64,000 bases of DNA from a virus. Of the stretch, positions 1 to 10,122 are shown piece after piece (positions within the stretch are counted from its first letter, which is position 1; every line of letters begins with the position of its first letter). The stretch is taken from the IMG/VR virus record IMGVR_UViG_3300032116_000057, positions 32,001-96,000 of that record; one strand, written 5' to 3'. The notes under the pieces are model-generated. The model ran no database searches. It saw only the letters and a list, made by a program, of their open reading frames with translations, and was not told the DNA's origin. The translations under genes and the position numbers were made by a program.

Positions 1-1263
1 GAAACTGAATACGACACACTCGTGGGACAGATCGGCACAGCCGAGCAACTTACACGAACTCCAGTCGGCGTATATGTTACGCCTGCTGATGAGCGTGCTA
101 TGACTGACAAGGGTTATTCCCCTGTCTTGGGCACTAAAGCGTGTCAGGCTCATACCAAAGCAACACTATCTACAGATACTTTGAGTAATATCCTTCCGGA
201 TATTTACTCACAAGTAAGCGAGCGCGATGATTCACTCGATGACTATGTTCTCGATAATCGTCGTCAAGCTGGCTCTGTAGTTCCGGTGGCAATGGGGGCT
301 GTGCCAACACAAACAATCGCCACGCCAATCGAATCAACACCTGTGGTAACACCGACACCAGCGTATGTTGCGCTAGCAGTCGTGCCACCAATGGAGTTGG
401 CTAAAAAGTATGTGCATAGGCAGGTATTTGGCAAAGAAGACTTTGCTATCTACGACTATGCCCGTTCTAACAACATCAACGTGCTTCTATACGGTCCAAC
501 AGGTCCCGGCAAGACAACATCTGTCGAAGCTTGGGCTGCTGAACGTATGCTCAGACTTGCGTTGGTATCTGGCAATGCATCATTGGAGCCAAGCCAAATG
601 TTTGGCAAAATGACTCAGATTGATGGCAAGTGGGTTTGGATTGATGGTCCAGTCACCGATGTTATTCGCAACGGTGGTGTGTTGCTCCTCGACGAGGTCA
701 ACTTCATCAACCCTAAAATCTACACAACTCTATACACATTGTTGGCAGGACAGCGTTCGATATCACTACTAGATCACATGGGTGAAGTAATCAAGGCTCA
801 TAAAGACTTGACTATCTTTGCAACAATGAATCCAGATTATATCGGCACTACACCGCTCAACTTCGCGTTTCGTAATCGCTTTGATATCCAAATTCCTTGG
901 GATTACGATGACAAGGTCGAGTCTAAATTGGTTAGTTCCAAGTCTCTGTTGAATCTTGCTAAGCAACTTCGCGTTGAAGCTGCTAAAGGTCAATACGAAA
1001 CCCCAATCTCAACCAATATGTTGATTGAGTTCGTTCAGTTCGTGGGTGACTTGAGTTATGAGTTTGCAGTTGAAAACTTCATCGCTCACTTTTCCCCAGA
1101 AGAAGCAGCGTCAGTTCGCCTTATCTTCCAAACTCACGAACACAACATTAAGACTGACTTCGGTATAGAAGTGCCTGTCACTGTTACACAGCCTGAAGAA
1201 TCGTTAACTCCTGAACAAGAACTTGAACAGTGGGTTAATGGTTTTGTCCCAACTTCTGTTTAG
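1..1263 (+). CDS. MoxR/CbbQ-family AAA+ ATPase (probably 5'-truncated by the window edge)
   Basis: Walker A GPTGPGKT, Walker B LLLDEVN, ATMNP and FRNRF motifs; frame is open back to position 1. Confidence 0.9.
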   Translation, partial: ETEYDTLVGQIGTAEQLTRTPVGVYVTPADERAMTDKGYSPVLGTKACQAHTKATLSTDTLSNILPDIYSQVSERDDSLDDYVLDNRRQAGSVVPVAMGAVPTQTIATPIESTPVVTPTPAYVALAVVPPMELAKKYVHRQVFGKEDFAIYDYARSNNINVLLYGPTGPGKTTSVEAWAAERMLRLALVSGNASLEPSQMFGKMTQIDGKWVWIDGPVTDVIRNGGVLLLDEVNFINPKIYTTLYTLLAGQRSISLLDHMGEVIKAHKDLTIFATMNPDYIGTTPLNFAFRNRFDIQIPWDYDDKVESKLVSSKSLLNLAKQLRVEAAKGQYETPISTNMLIEFVQFVGDLSYEFAVENFIAHFSPEEAASVRLIFQTHEHNIKTDFGIEVPVTVTQPEESLTPEQELEQWVNGFVPTSV

Positions 1264-1274
1264 AAAGGATAAAC

Positions 1275-3239
1275 ATGCCATTGATTGATGGACTGAGAGA
1301 TGAAGAAAACTCTTGGTATATCAAGGAGGCTAGGGATGAAGATTTGCAGGAACGTGCACTACAACTAGGAACTCTATGTCGTGTGTATGAACAAGCAGAT
1401 CGTGTTCTAACTGGCGATCCGATTGTTGTGAATGTTGTAAATCAAGGCCCGGCTCCAGCCTGGTCTGACGGTGCAACAATCACATTTAATGCTTCCGAGA
1501 TTCAAGACATGGACTTGGAAACATTGACACAAGTTACCGGCCTCAACTACCATGAGCTTTGTCATCAACTGTATACGCCTCGCAAAGGCACAGAAATGGT
1601 GAAATGGGTTATAGAAAATCAACTTATGGAGAGCATGAATATTCTCGAGGATCAACGAATCGAGACCCTATTTACTGCTCGCTACCCATCTGTTATTCCA
1701 TACCTATCATCTACCTGTGCTCGCTGGCTTTCAGAAGATGAATCAGATGTCTCTGGAACCTATTTGGCGATACGTGGTCGCAGATACTTGCCGGTAGAAG
1801 TTCGAGAAGCATATCGAGATGAGTTTGCTTTTCCAGAACTAATACCTACATTGGCTAGAATCATTGATGAGTATCGGCTGTTAGTATTTCCTCGAGATTA
1901 TGAACGAGCCAAAGAATTGATTCAACAATTCAATGACTATGTTCTACAACCAACAGGAATACTGGACCAAATTAGAGCACAAGTTAGTGCATACAACTAC
2001 AATCCAGAAGATGGTGGATGCACTCTCGGTGGTCCTACAGGCTGTGGGGGTCGTGCTCCCATGGCTAAAGGAAGACCAGAACCTGGCAAAGCACAGGAAC
2101 GTGATGCTGCTCGAGCTAAAGGTCAAGGCGTAGGAGAATCTCCTTACACCTACAAACCAAAAGTAAAAGGAGCCGGTAATCAAAAGCCTAGTGGTAAGCA
2201 AGATAAACCACAAGACGATGATGGAGGTAGTGGTGGTGGAAAAAACATTACAAACCACCGCACTCAAGATGAAGCACTAGATATACGCGAGAGTAATCTA
2301 GATACACCACCAGACATTGGTGTTGGTCATACTCCCAGCGTAGGTGGTGTTCCTAATCACATTGGAAACATGCTAGATGATATTGTCTTTGATACTTTGA
2401 ACAACAAAGATGTTATATCTGACATCAAAGCCAAACAAAAAGTAATTGTTGGTGGCGATGGTAGGTATGAAGATCAAAGTAAACGAGGCAAGTTTGATAG
2501 GACTCAGATTCCTGCAGAAGCAATAGTAAGTTATCGCAAGTTTGCGAAAGAACTACAACGCTTGCGTGATGAATCCGAACCATCATGGATTAGAGAAACT
2601 CCCTCTGGCAAATTAAACTTCAAACGAGTTATGGCTGGGTGTGAACCCGACGTAGCGTTTGATAGATGGGATGAAGGCGATGATGGATGTGACATCGAGG
2701 CTGTTATCTGTGTTGACAGGTCAGGCTCTATGTCATTCCAAAGCAATGATAGAAAGGCATCTATAGCGTGTTGGACTATTAAGCGAGCGTTAGAACACAT
2801 AGGCGCACCAGTTACTGTGTATGCCTTTGATGATCAAAACGAAGTTGCCTACAACAGAGCGGAGAAAGCCGATCGTCTCCAGTATAAGTTTATATACGGT
2901 GACGGCGGAACTAATCCCTATACCGCATTGCTTGAGGCAGAACAATTACTCATGTCCTCACGCAAGAAGAATAAGATGCTGTTCATAATTACTGACGGTG
3001 AGTTTAACCACGACCCTAATGATGATTTGATTGAACGCATCTCTAAGCGAGGTATTCTTACTTCGCTTGTCCTAATCATGGACGCTAAATCATTTGATAA
3101 TCACTACAGCAACAAGGATATGAAGAAGGTAGCCCACAGAACAGAAATCTTTGGTCGTATCTCTCATGCTGGCGAGTTACTATCGTTTGCCAAAGCGGTG
3201 GTAGTTGGTGCTATCAAAAAGCGTTCTCGTAGACGGTAG
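1275..3239 (+). CDS. VWA-domain protein with N-terminal HExxH region (CobT/VMAP-like partner of the AAA ATPase)
   Basis: MIDAS DRSGSM, GGTNP and ITDGE motifs; HELCH and NILEDQRIE motifs; directly follows the MoxR-type ATPase. Confidence 0.85.
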   Translation: MPLIDGLRDEENSWYIKEARDEDLQERALQLGTLCRVYEQADRVLTGDPIVVNVVNQGPAPAWSDGATITFNASEIQDMDLETLTQVTGLNYHELCHQLYTPRKGTEMVKWVIENQLMESMNILEDQRIETLFTARYPSVIPYLSSTCARWLSEDESDVSGTYLAIRGRRYLPVEVREAYRDEFAFPELIPTLARIIDEYRLLVFPRDYERAKELIQQFNDYVLQPTGILDQIRAQVSAYNYNPEDGGCTLGGPTGCGGRAPMAKGRPEPGKAQERDAARAKGQGVGESPYTYKPKVKGAGNQKPSGKQDKPQDDDGGSGGGKNITNHRTQDEALDIRESNLDTPPDIGVGHTPSVGGVPNHIGNMLDDIVFDTLNNKDVISDIKAKQKVIVGGDGRYEDQSKRGKFDRTQIPAEAIVSYRKFAKELQRLRDESEPSWIRETPSGKLNFKRVMAGCEPDVAFDRWDEGDDGCDIEAVICVDRSGSMSFQSNDRKASIACWTIKRALEHIGAPVTVYAFDDQNEVAYNRAEKADRLQYKFIYGDGGTNPYTALLEAEQLLMSSRKKNKMLFIITDGEFNHDPNDDLIERISKRGILTSLVLIMDAKSFDNHYSNKDMKKVAHRTEIFGRISHAGELLSFAKAVVVGAIKKRSRRR

Positions 3240-3251
3240 AAAGGAGTAACT

Positions 3252-3476
3252 ATGTGCGCAGAAACTATGTGCGTAGTTTGGGATGCTGTGACAGAGACCA
3301 TAATCGGTCCCTTCAATTCACACGATGATGCCCAAATGTTCGTGCTACATGCATCAGACATACTGATTGATGGCAATGTTTCCGAACTAACCATCGAACC
3401 TGTGTCAGACCCACAAGACTGGGCTCTTGACAACGCCTATGACGGTTCGCTATTTTCTACCCAGGAGGCTAACTAA
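3252..3476 (+). CDS. hypothetical protein
   Basis: ORF track; AAGGAG RBS. Confidence 0.7.
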   Translation: MCAETMCVVWDAVTETIIGPFNSHDDAQMFVLHASDILIDGNVSELTIEPVSDPQDWALDNAYDGSLFSTQEAN

Positions 3477-3637
3477 TGGCTATACCAAAGCAGGAACTAT
3501 ACATGACAGCATACCGGTTCAAAGAACAGGAGGATGCACGTTATGAAGAGGATAAAAAAACAGTTGTTAAACTCTTCATCAAACATAAACAAGAAGACCT
3601 ACTACCAATGTTAGGGTTGGAGGTGAATAATGATTAA
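3476..3637 (+). CDS. small hypothetical protein (MAIPKQELY..., ~53 aa)
   Basis: Translated by hand; TAATG overlap with upstream gene, GGAGG RBS. Confidence 0.6.
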   Translation: MAIPKQELYMTAYRFKEQEDARYEEDKKTVVKLFIKHKQEDLLPMLGLEVNND

Positions 3638-3800
3638 CCTTGCAAATATGGAAGAAGTCCAAGCTATTATTAATGATAAGAGTTTAGACTTCGTAGGTGT
3701 AAAGAAAAAGATTGAAACTTTACATCCTGATTACATTGTGTTTAGAACTCCAACAGGAGTATCTGTCCAGCATAAGGATGAGGTGAGTATCGATTGGTAA
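3630..3800 (+). CDS. small hypothetical protein (MINLANMEE..., 56 aa)
   Basis: Translated by hand; GGAGGT RBS; fills the gap between neighbours. Confidence 0.6.
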   Translation: MINLANMEEVQAIINDKSLDFVGVKKKIETLHPDYIVFRTPTGVSVQHKDEVSIDW

Positions 3801-4252
3801 ACACATTCTTACCTTGGCCTGACATGGAAAGATCAGCTAAGGCTCTAGACAACAAACGATTAGGTAAGCAACGAGTTGAAGCACTGCAGATACTCAGAGC
3901 AAACTTAGGACTAACTAAAGGCTGGAGAAATCATCCGGCTGCGGTTATGTGGCGAGGTCACGAAGGTTATCTATATCTATACACAAATGCTATGTGCATG
4001 GAATGGAGACAACGGGGCTTCGTCGATAATGTTCAAGGTCAGCTTCAAGATATATATGCAAAGTTTGACCTAGAAGGGTGGGAGCCACCGTGGTGGTGGA
4101 ACAACAATGAGTTCCATAAATCTCACCGATCTAATCTCAAACGTAAAGATCCGATTTGGTATCGGTTTCGAGTGCGAGATAACCTGCCGTATAAATGGCC
4201 CAAGCCAGATGGAACTCTGGCAATAACACAAAAGAAGGGAAAAGGTAAATGA
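3794..4252 (+). CDS. pyrimidine-dimer DNA glycosylase / endonuclease V-like (MSMEG_6728 family)
   Basis: TFLP...LDNKRLGKQRVEALQI, HPAAVMWRG and SHRSNL motifs. Confidence 0.85.
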   Translation: MVNTFLPWPDMERSAKALDNKRLGKQRVEALQILRANLGLTKGWRNHPAAVMWRGHEGYLYLYTNAMCMEWRQRGFVDNVQGQLQDIYAKFDLEGWEPPWWWNNNEFHKSHRSNLKRKDPIWYRFRVRDNLPYKWPKPDGTLAITQKKGKGK

Positions 4253-4283
4253 AACCAATATCAAGAAGAAAAGAAAGAGGAGA

Positions 4284-4937
4284 TTGATGCCTAATTGGTG
4301 CAGTAATACTGTCATCATTCAGGGCGAGCCTGGAGAGGTCCAACAACTTCTAGATTCAGTAGAGGATAGCGGGACCGCATTCAGTCTTGATAAGGTCATA
4401 GCAATGCCAAATGCATTGCGTGGTCAGTCAGCGCCTGAACGTGATGAAGATGCCGCATCTACTAACATGAAACTCTACGGAGCTAAAGACTGGTATGACT
4501 GGTCTAATCTCAATTGGGGGACTAAATGGAATGTAGATGCAAATATTGTCTACGATAACGGCAAGAACAATCCGTTATTAAATCAGAATAGAACTGTTCG
4601 TATTCAGTTTGAATCTGCGTGGGCTCCACCCTTGCCGGTGTATGAAGTGTTGGCTGCAAGGTGGCCCAACACAAACATTTACGTCGCCTATGATGAACCC
4701 GGTTCAGATTTTGCCGGATACGTCATGTATACCAAAGGGCGAGCAGTTAAGGAGGGAAACTTCTCATCTCCAAGTGGCCAAATGAACTATGTAGATCCTC
4801 CAAGTGAGGAGGACGTGTTCACGTGGTTTCCAGATGAAGAAAATTATGAGGAGGTGGGAAGTTATGTAGAAGCGGCCAAAATTCAACACCATGCTATGAA
4901 AGCAAGGCTAGAAGCAATGGCTAGTAAGTTAAGATAA
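4284..4937 (+). CDS. DUF1281/YubB-like ferredoxin-fold protein
   Basis: MPNWCSN start, WYDW...NWGTKW, FESAWAPP and YDEPG motifs. Confidence 0.75.
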   Translation: MMPNWCSNTVIIQGEPGEVQQLLDSVEDSGTAFSLDKVIAMPNALRGQSAPERDEDAASTNMKLYGAKDWYDWSNLNWGTKWNVDANIVYDNGKNNPLLNQNRTVRIQFESAWAPPLPVYEVLAARWPNTNIYVAYDEPGSDFAGYVMYTKGRAVKEGNFSSPSGQMNYVDPPSEEDVFTWFPDEENYEEVGSYVEAAKIQHHAMKARLEAMASKLR

Positions 4938-4955
4938 CAACAGAAAGGGGTAGCC

Positions 4956-5207
4956 ATGGATAAAGAAATGTACTACAACATAGTTGTATCATTTCATATG
5001 CAAGTTGCAAAATGGCGCGTTGATGACCCCACCAACAAAGATAACTGGGAGTATTCCCTTGAGATCTATGATCGTAATCAAGGTAGGTGGATAAACATCA
5101 ATGACCTTAAAAGACCGGGCGAGTTTAGCTACGTATATGACGTTAAACTCAATCCGGTACAAGAAGTAAAACCTCCGGGAGCACCGGAGGTTCTAGACGG
5201 AGAGTAG
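4956..5207 (+). CDS. hypothetical protein
   Basis: ORF track; RBS present. Confidence 0.6.
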   Translation: MDKEMYYNIVVSFHMQVAKWRVDDPTNKDNWEYSLEIYDRNQGRWININDLKRPGEFSYVYDVKLNPVQEVKPPGAPEVLDGE

Positions 5208-5241
5208 CCTATTAGAGCTTACTCCGCTAGTATACAGCAGT

Positions 5242-5490
5242 ATGAAGGGAGATAGGAACATGCTGTATATGCAAGTTAGAGACAAGCATATCCAAAAGCT
5301 AGTTAAAGCTCTTGAAGATGCGGGTCTCGAGGTATCCAGAACCAAAGGTAAGCAGCACGTTAGAGTGCGTAATCCAAAGACGGGTAAAATTGTCTTCTTT
5401 GGCGCTGCTTCACTTGGTGATTGGAGAGCCTCAAAAAACATCCTACGTGACCTAAAGCATGTAGGATATAACAGTAATAAACTCGGATAA
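5242..5490 (+). CDS. HicA-like (dsRBD-fold) protein
   Basis: LVKALEDAGLEVSRTKGKQHVRV...S.GDWRA pattern typical of phage HicA-like proteins. Confidence 0.6.
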   Translation: MKGDRNMLYMQVRDKHIQKLVKALEDAGLEVSRTKGKQHVRVRNPKTGKIVFFGAASLGDWRASKNILRDLKHVGYNSNKLG

Positions 5491-5504
5491 GAATAGGAAA
5501 CACA

Positions 5505-5786
5505 ATGCCACGAAAAGTAAAACAACGTGTCAAAGTAAACCTACGCCAAAATCTTGAAAAAGGTGGCGCATGGTTATGTGAAATCCTGTTTCTAGATGAA
5601 ACAGATACCACAGTCTCAGTAAATATGACAGCATGGAAAAATGCGTCTGCTGCTAAACGCCATATCAAATCTATCATCTCTACATCTACACCTAGAAAGA
5701 GCATCAAGCTTTTAGGAAGTGTTGTAGACGAGAAAGGTAAGCCTACGTATTTCGCAGGTGATATGACTTACTCAGTGGCGGCATAA
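5505..5786 (+). CDS. hypothetical protein
   Basis: ORF track. Confidence 0.6.
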   Translation: MPRKVKQRVKVNLRQNLEKGGAWLCEILFLDETDTTVSVNMTAWKNASAAKRHIKSIISTSTPRKSIKLLGSVVDEKGKPTYFAGDMTYSVAA

Positions 5787-5788
5787 CC

Positions 5789-5890
5789 ATGACTAAAACA
5801 GAATGCACACTGTGCTACGGGAAAGGCTACACTGGTTGGACATCCCCCGATGGAGATTACTCTATTGAAACCTGTGAATGCCAAAACTAA
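5789..5890 (+). CDS. tiny CxxC...CxC zinc-binding peptide (33 aa)
   Basis: Translated by hand: MTKTECTLCYGKGYTGW...ETCECQN (DnaJ-like CxxCxGxG). Confidence 0.5.
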   Translation: MTKTECTLCYGKGYTGWTSPDGDYSIETCECQN

Positions 5891-5923
5891 AATCTTCTCC
5901 TGATAGCCCTGTCTAAATAATTA

Positions 5924-5948
5924 AGCCCCCGCCTTTATGGCGGGGGCT
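5924..5948. terminator. intrinsic terminator between convergent gene blocks
   Basis: Perfect 10-bp GC stem AGCCCCCGCC/GGCGGGGGCT at the +/- strand switch. Confidence 0.8.
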
Positions 5949-5972
5949 AATGTTTGTGTTGGCGATTTTTGC

Positions 5973-6110
5973 CTAGTCTTTATGGAACTCTTCAAACTCG
6001 TCTTCTAAGTCTTCCAAATCTTCTAAATCTTCAATATCCCCTAATTCATCAGGCCATTCATCTTCAAATTCATCTTCAAATAGATCTGGATCTAGGTTAT
6101 CTTCTTGCAT
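5973..6110 (-). CDS. very acidic 45-aa peptide
   Basis: Translated by hand: MQEDNLDPDLFEDEFEDEWPDELGDIEDLEDLEDLEDEFEEFHKD; GGAG RBS just after the nrdJ stop. Confidence 0.65.
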   Translation of the reverse strand: MQEDNLDPDLFEDEFEDEWPDELGDIEDLEDLEDLEDEFEEFHKD

Positions 6111-6121
6111 GTGCTCTCTCC

Positions 6122-8155
6122 TTATTTTGTATTATCTTTGATTAGTTTTACTTCGCAAGCATCTGTGGTGCAGTATGCTTCACCAACGGCGTCTGCCGCC
6201 ATGCCAGCATATACTCCCGCAAAGTCTATAGGAAATAATGTCATAGTTGCTTCATCATACTCTTCTTTTGTAATTTGAGTATAAGGCATCTGTGGGTATA
6301 CAGAATTACCTGACGGGAGGAACGAGACTGTCTTCAGCTGGCCATCGTACATATGCAATACTGTGCCTATGTGATTACTTTCAGTTTCGGGGTCAAAGCT
6401 GATAGTTACAGATACCGAGTTATCAGACCAATGCCTTTGGGCTGTAGCCGCTAATCCAATTTTCTCATAGATAGAGACTTCTTTCTCTGACCTGACTGCA
6501 TTTGACTCAATTGGGAAGAATACAACGGACGTTGTGTCTGGTGATTCTGATGCGGGCTCAACCCTATACATTGCCATCTTAAATAGTGGGAGCATAGGGT
6601 CTGAGTTGGCAAATCTTATGGCTCTTAAGAAGTACTTTCCACCTACTGGCCAGTGAACTCCCGGAGATTCTCCTGCTAAAATACTGACTGTTCCTGACGG
6701 CTTAACCGTGGTCATTTTAATTGACTCTCGGATACCTAACCATTCTGAATATGATTGATCATAGTTCTTAATTACTTCATATCCCGCATCCATCCAGGAT
6801 CTGAGCTCCGGTAAACCTTTATTGTCCGCAAAGTTGGCGACTCCACTTATAGATGTTCCAATACGACGATTGCGCTGCATAATTGCATTTGTCTCTTCCC
6901 AGTGAGTAGGGAGTAGAGTTACGGTCTTAGCATAGAGATACGCAAACTTAAGGGTTCTCTTAAAGTCTTCTAAACTCTCGTGACGATTTAGGTACGTTTC
7001 TACCAATGTACAGCATTCAAAAGATTCTAAAGACTGTTCGGCACAAGGGTTATAGCCTGCTGCTCTCCAGTCTTTATTGTTGATTGGGTCTGATAAACGA
7101 CCATATTGTCTAGTTACGTCCATCCAGACTACACCTGGCTCACCGTTACGAGCAATACCATCAATGATGGGAGATAAGTCTTGTCCTACAGAGACTTCCA
7201 CAGAGTTATTAGACATCCATGCCCAACCCGGTTTAGCCGGATCATAGCTATTACGTTCTGGATAAACTTCTGCATTCTTTAAGTTGAGAAAATCAGGGTC
7301 GTCAATACGACCAATAAGAAGTTCAGCGCTACGACGTACGTTACCGCTAACGACGCAAACGCCAATTAGATTACCAATATCAGCAATATCTTTGCGAGTG
7401 AGTTTTTCACCGGCTCTTCCATTAAATATACTGTGGATATAGTTATGTAGTTTTTCTAACGGTTCGTGTCCCGCCGCTGTTCCGCCAAAAGTCTTAATTG
7501 GCGTTCCCGCTGGGCGAATCTCTTTGTAATCAAATACTGGAGCCGACGAATCTGGTCTGAGGTAGGAATTGATAAGGAGGCTGACTGACTCAACCCATCC
7601 TTCTCTGGTGTCTGATACGACATATTGTTCTCCTTGCTTAGGGGCGTAGATTGTAAAGTCCTTATCCGCTCCTTTGTCGTCAAACCCCACACCAACTCCA
7701 AGCATTGATGCTTCCATTAAAAATGCAAATGGTCTAGATGGATCGACTTTCGTCATAGATAGGGTAGACACGAATGCGCAGTTCTGAAGCGCGGCAGAGT
7801 TTCGGTATTGATTTACTATGGGTGTTCCCATTACCCATAGTCCACGTCCCGGTGGAGTCCACTTTAAGTTCCACAAACGGTCAAATGCTTCTTTAGCCGA
7901 TGCTTGAGCCTTAGCGTCATTCCACGGAAGACGATTAGTTTTGGCATGCTCTTTCTGGAGAGAATACATACCGTTGATGACTCGCTCACAAACGTCTACC
8001 CATGTTTCTTTGGTTCCGTCTGTTTTTAATCTTGAGTATGTTCTTAAAAAGGTTATCTCTCCCACCGAGTTACCTGCGGCATCTTTATAGCCCCAAGGTA
8101 CTGACTTTCCTCTATATCCATTAACAAAGTCTTCGGTTAACTTAAATGAAAACAA
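6122..8155 (-). CDS. nrdJ: class II (adenosylcobalamin-dependent) ribonucleotide reductase, monomeric RTPR type
   Basis: RTYSR, PPGRGLW, LQNCAF, NVRRSA, NPCAEQ, TTVKPSGT and C-terminal CTTDAC motifs. Confidence 0.95.
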   Translation of the reverse strand: MFSFKLTEDFVNGYRGKSVPWGYKDAAGNSVGEITFLRTYSRLKTDGTKETWVDVCERVINGMYSLQKEHAKTNRLPWNDAKAQASAKEAFDRLWNLKWTPPGRGLWVMGTPIVNQYRNSAALQNCAFVSTLSMTKVDPSRPFAFLMEASMLGVGVGFDDKGADKDFTIYAPKQGEQYVVSDTREGWVESVSLLINSYLRPDSSAPVFDYKEIRPAGTPIKTFGGTAAGHEPLEKLHNYIHSIFNGRAGEKLTRKDIADIGNLIGVCVVSGNVRRSAELLIGRIDDPDFLNLKNAEVYPERNSYDPAKPGWAWMSNNSVEVSVGQDLSPIIDGIARNGEPGVVWMDVTRQYGRLSDPINNKDWRAAGYNPCAEQSLESFECCTLVETYLNRHESLEDFKRTLKFAYLYAKTVTLLPTHWEETNAIMQRNRRIGTSISGVANFADNKGLPELRSWMDAGYEVIKNYDQSYSEWLGIRESIKMTTVKPSGTVSILAGESPGVHWPVGGKYFLRAIRFANSDPMLPLFKMAMYRVEPASESPDTTSVVFFPIESNAVRSEKEVSIYEKIGLAATAQRHWSDNSVSVTISFDPETESNHIGTVLHMYDGQLKTVSFLPSGNSVYPQMPYTQITKEEYDEATMTLFPIDFAGVYAGMAADAVGEAYCTTDACEVKLIKDNTK

Positions 8156-8167
8156 TTTACGTCCCTT

Positions 8168-9661
8168 CTAATCTTCGATATGGTCTGAGATAATCTTACT
8201 AGTTTCTGACTCGGATAGCCCATCGCCAGGCAGTTGTCTGAGGGTGTTGGCTCTGTCTCCAAATAGGGCAGACATAACACCTCCAGAGGTCTGTCTTTCG
8301 ACGGTCATCCGGACAAACTCTCGATTGTCCTCCAGTTCTTTCAGTTGCTTTACGATCTTAAATAGTCGATCAATTTCCTGCCCAGTATTGGGATCTGGAT
8401 ACCCGCCGTTTAATTCTTCGGCGTAACGAGAGAAGGCAACTCTAGCACCTTGCATCTCGATGATGGCATTGAGCAATCCCTTCAATTGGTCTTTAGTCTT
8501 AACCTCTACTGGAAGGTTGAATGCACAAGCATTATTTTCCTTAAATGCGGGGCAATTTGCTGCAACAAAACATGTATTACATTGACGCAATGAAGACTGG
8601 TTAGTTCCGAGCACATTTACGTCTCTTATCAGGTCCCTTCCATCTTCATCTTTATCTATAACTCTCTTCGTAGATACTGAAAATACGGGTAAATTCATAG
8701 TTTCTGATGGGTCTCTAGGAACTATTTTCATAGTTGCTGGGGTGTTTTCTTTCCGCATATCTAAGTCCTTGTTATCAGGTTCCAACCCTAGTGTTTCCGC
8801 AGAACCGGGAGTATCTATGTCATCACTGTTATCAGATAACAATCTTAAATGTGGTGGTTTTTTCTTGTCCAAAGATTCCTCCAGCTGCAGGTAGCTCCAA
8901 ATAGCGAGGCGAGTTACCTCGTTACTATCATCATTAATAATCTTATCGAAATCCAAACCTGCCCGTTCAATAACAGCTTTATAACGTGGCCGTGCCTGGT
9001 CTTTTTGTTTCTTTTGGTATCGTACTAGTTTAGTTCCATCCCAGACAATAGTTTCTCCTCGCATCATGGGGGATAGCCACGAGAGGGTGCTGGCGGTGGA
9101 TAGAGGCACTTGTCTTAGATTGTCTGGCTTGGCACAACCCAAACCATGGAAGTTAGTACCAAACTGCCCTTGTAGGGCCCTGGTTCTTCCGGATAACGTA
9201 GCGTCGTCTTCTATAGTATCTCCCAGAATAGCTATGTTAGCCCACTGCTCTGCTAAAGCCATTAAAGTTGGGTGCCCATGTTGTGAGTGCCATACTGGCC
9301 AGTATTTATCCCCAAGTTCAAATCCAAGAGTTTTTCGTTGCTGGGCAATCCAGTCATGACCAAGGGCAGGGGCATCAAACTCTACAACACCAGATATACG
9401 ATCATAGTTAATTGCAACCCAATCCTCGAAGTTAGCCGCATGTTCTTCTAGCTCAGCCTTACTTAGGTTGGGATTAGATCCGGCACCGGCTACATAAATC
9501 TTTACATCATCAGGATATTTCTCTGATAATAGATAGTCTTTAGTTTTAGGTAAACCGCGTTTAGCTAGGCCCCAGTAACTAACGCCTATATGTTTTACTC
9601 CACTATCAATCAAAAGAAGTCTATGAGAGGGGACTTCTCCCCCAAGAAATACTATATTCAT
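8168..9661 (-). CDS. TGT/DpdA-like TIM-barrel protein with degenerate motifs and a C-terminal Cys cluster
   Basis: HGLG and S-T-L-S-W segment resembling TGT-like HxFG...DSxSW; CNTC...C...C cluster. Confidence 0.4.
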   Translation of the reverse strand: MNIVFLGGEVPSHRLLLIDSGVKHIGVSYWGLAKRGLPKTKDYLLSEKYPDDVKIYVAGAGSNPNLSKAELEEHAANFEDWVAINYDRISGVVEFDAPALGHDWIAQQRKTLGFELGDKYWPVWHSQHGHPTLMALAEQWANIAILGDTIEDDATLSGRTRALQGQFGTNFHGLGCAKPDNLRQVPLSTASTLSWLSPMMRGETIVWDGTKLVRYQKKQKDQARPRYKAVIERAGLDFDKIINDDSNEVTRLAIWSYLQLEESLDKKKPPHLRLLSDNSDDIDTPGSAETLGLEPDNKDLDMRKENTPATMKIVPRDPSETMNLPVFSVSTKRVIDKDEDGRDLIRDVNVLGTNQSSLRQCNTCFVAANCPAFKENNACAFNLPVEVKTKDQLKGLLNAIIEMQGARVAFSRYAEELNGGYPDPNTGQEIDRLFKIVKQLKELEDNREFVRMTVERQTSGGVMSALFGDRANTLRQLPGDGLSESETSKIISDHIED

Positions 9662-10122
9662 TCAAATCTCTTTACCTTGCTGCCCAAATCAGCATCTAAC
9701 AGAGCCAATCGTTGACGCTCTACTTCTGCAGATAATTCTTTCCAGGGCCTTACCGGACGGGTAGTTCTAACAAACTTTGGTGCAGAAAATAACAATGTAG
9801 GTACATTGTTGGCGAGCGCATAGGCACATCTATCTACATCTGGATCTATAAAAAGCTCTACTCTGCCTTGAGATCTGGCAACATCTAGCTGACGCATGCG
9901 TAGATCTTTACCCTCAAAAGCACATCTATCATCATAGATTTGGGCATAACCAACTATGAGATTAGATTTAAGCCAATGTTCTGTAAGTTCTGGGTTTTGA
10001 TCTGACCCAATAGTCATGCGGTAGTTTTGTGCTAGTACTCTATATAGTTTAATACCGTCTGGGATTGGATCCCCAACTTCGGTACACAGCACGCCTTCTA
10101 ACGATATTAACGCTGTATTCAT
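9658..10122 (-). CDS. HAD-like fold protein (motif I degenerate)
   Basis: ISLEGVL at motif I position; LFIDPD at motif IV. Confidence 0.5.
   Translation of the reverse strand: MNTALISLEGVLCTEVGDPIPDGIKLYRVLAQNYRMTIGSDQNPELTEHWLKSNLIVGYAQIYDDRCAFEGKDLRMRQLDVARSQGRVELFIDPDVDRCAYALANNVPTLLFSAPKFVRTTRPVRPWKELSAEVERQRLALLDADLGSKVKRFE

Noticed and set aside
5954-6145. + strand 63-aa ORF from the track
   Set aside because: Lies after the terminator and is the antisense shadow of the acidic - strand peptide, which has an RBS
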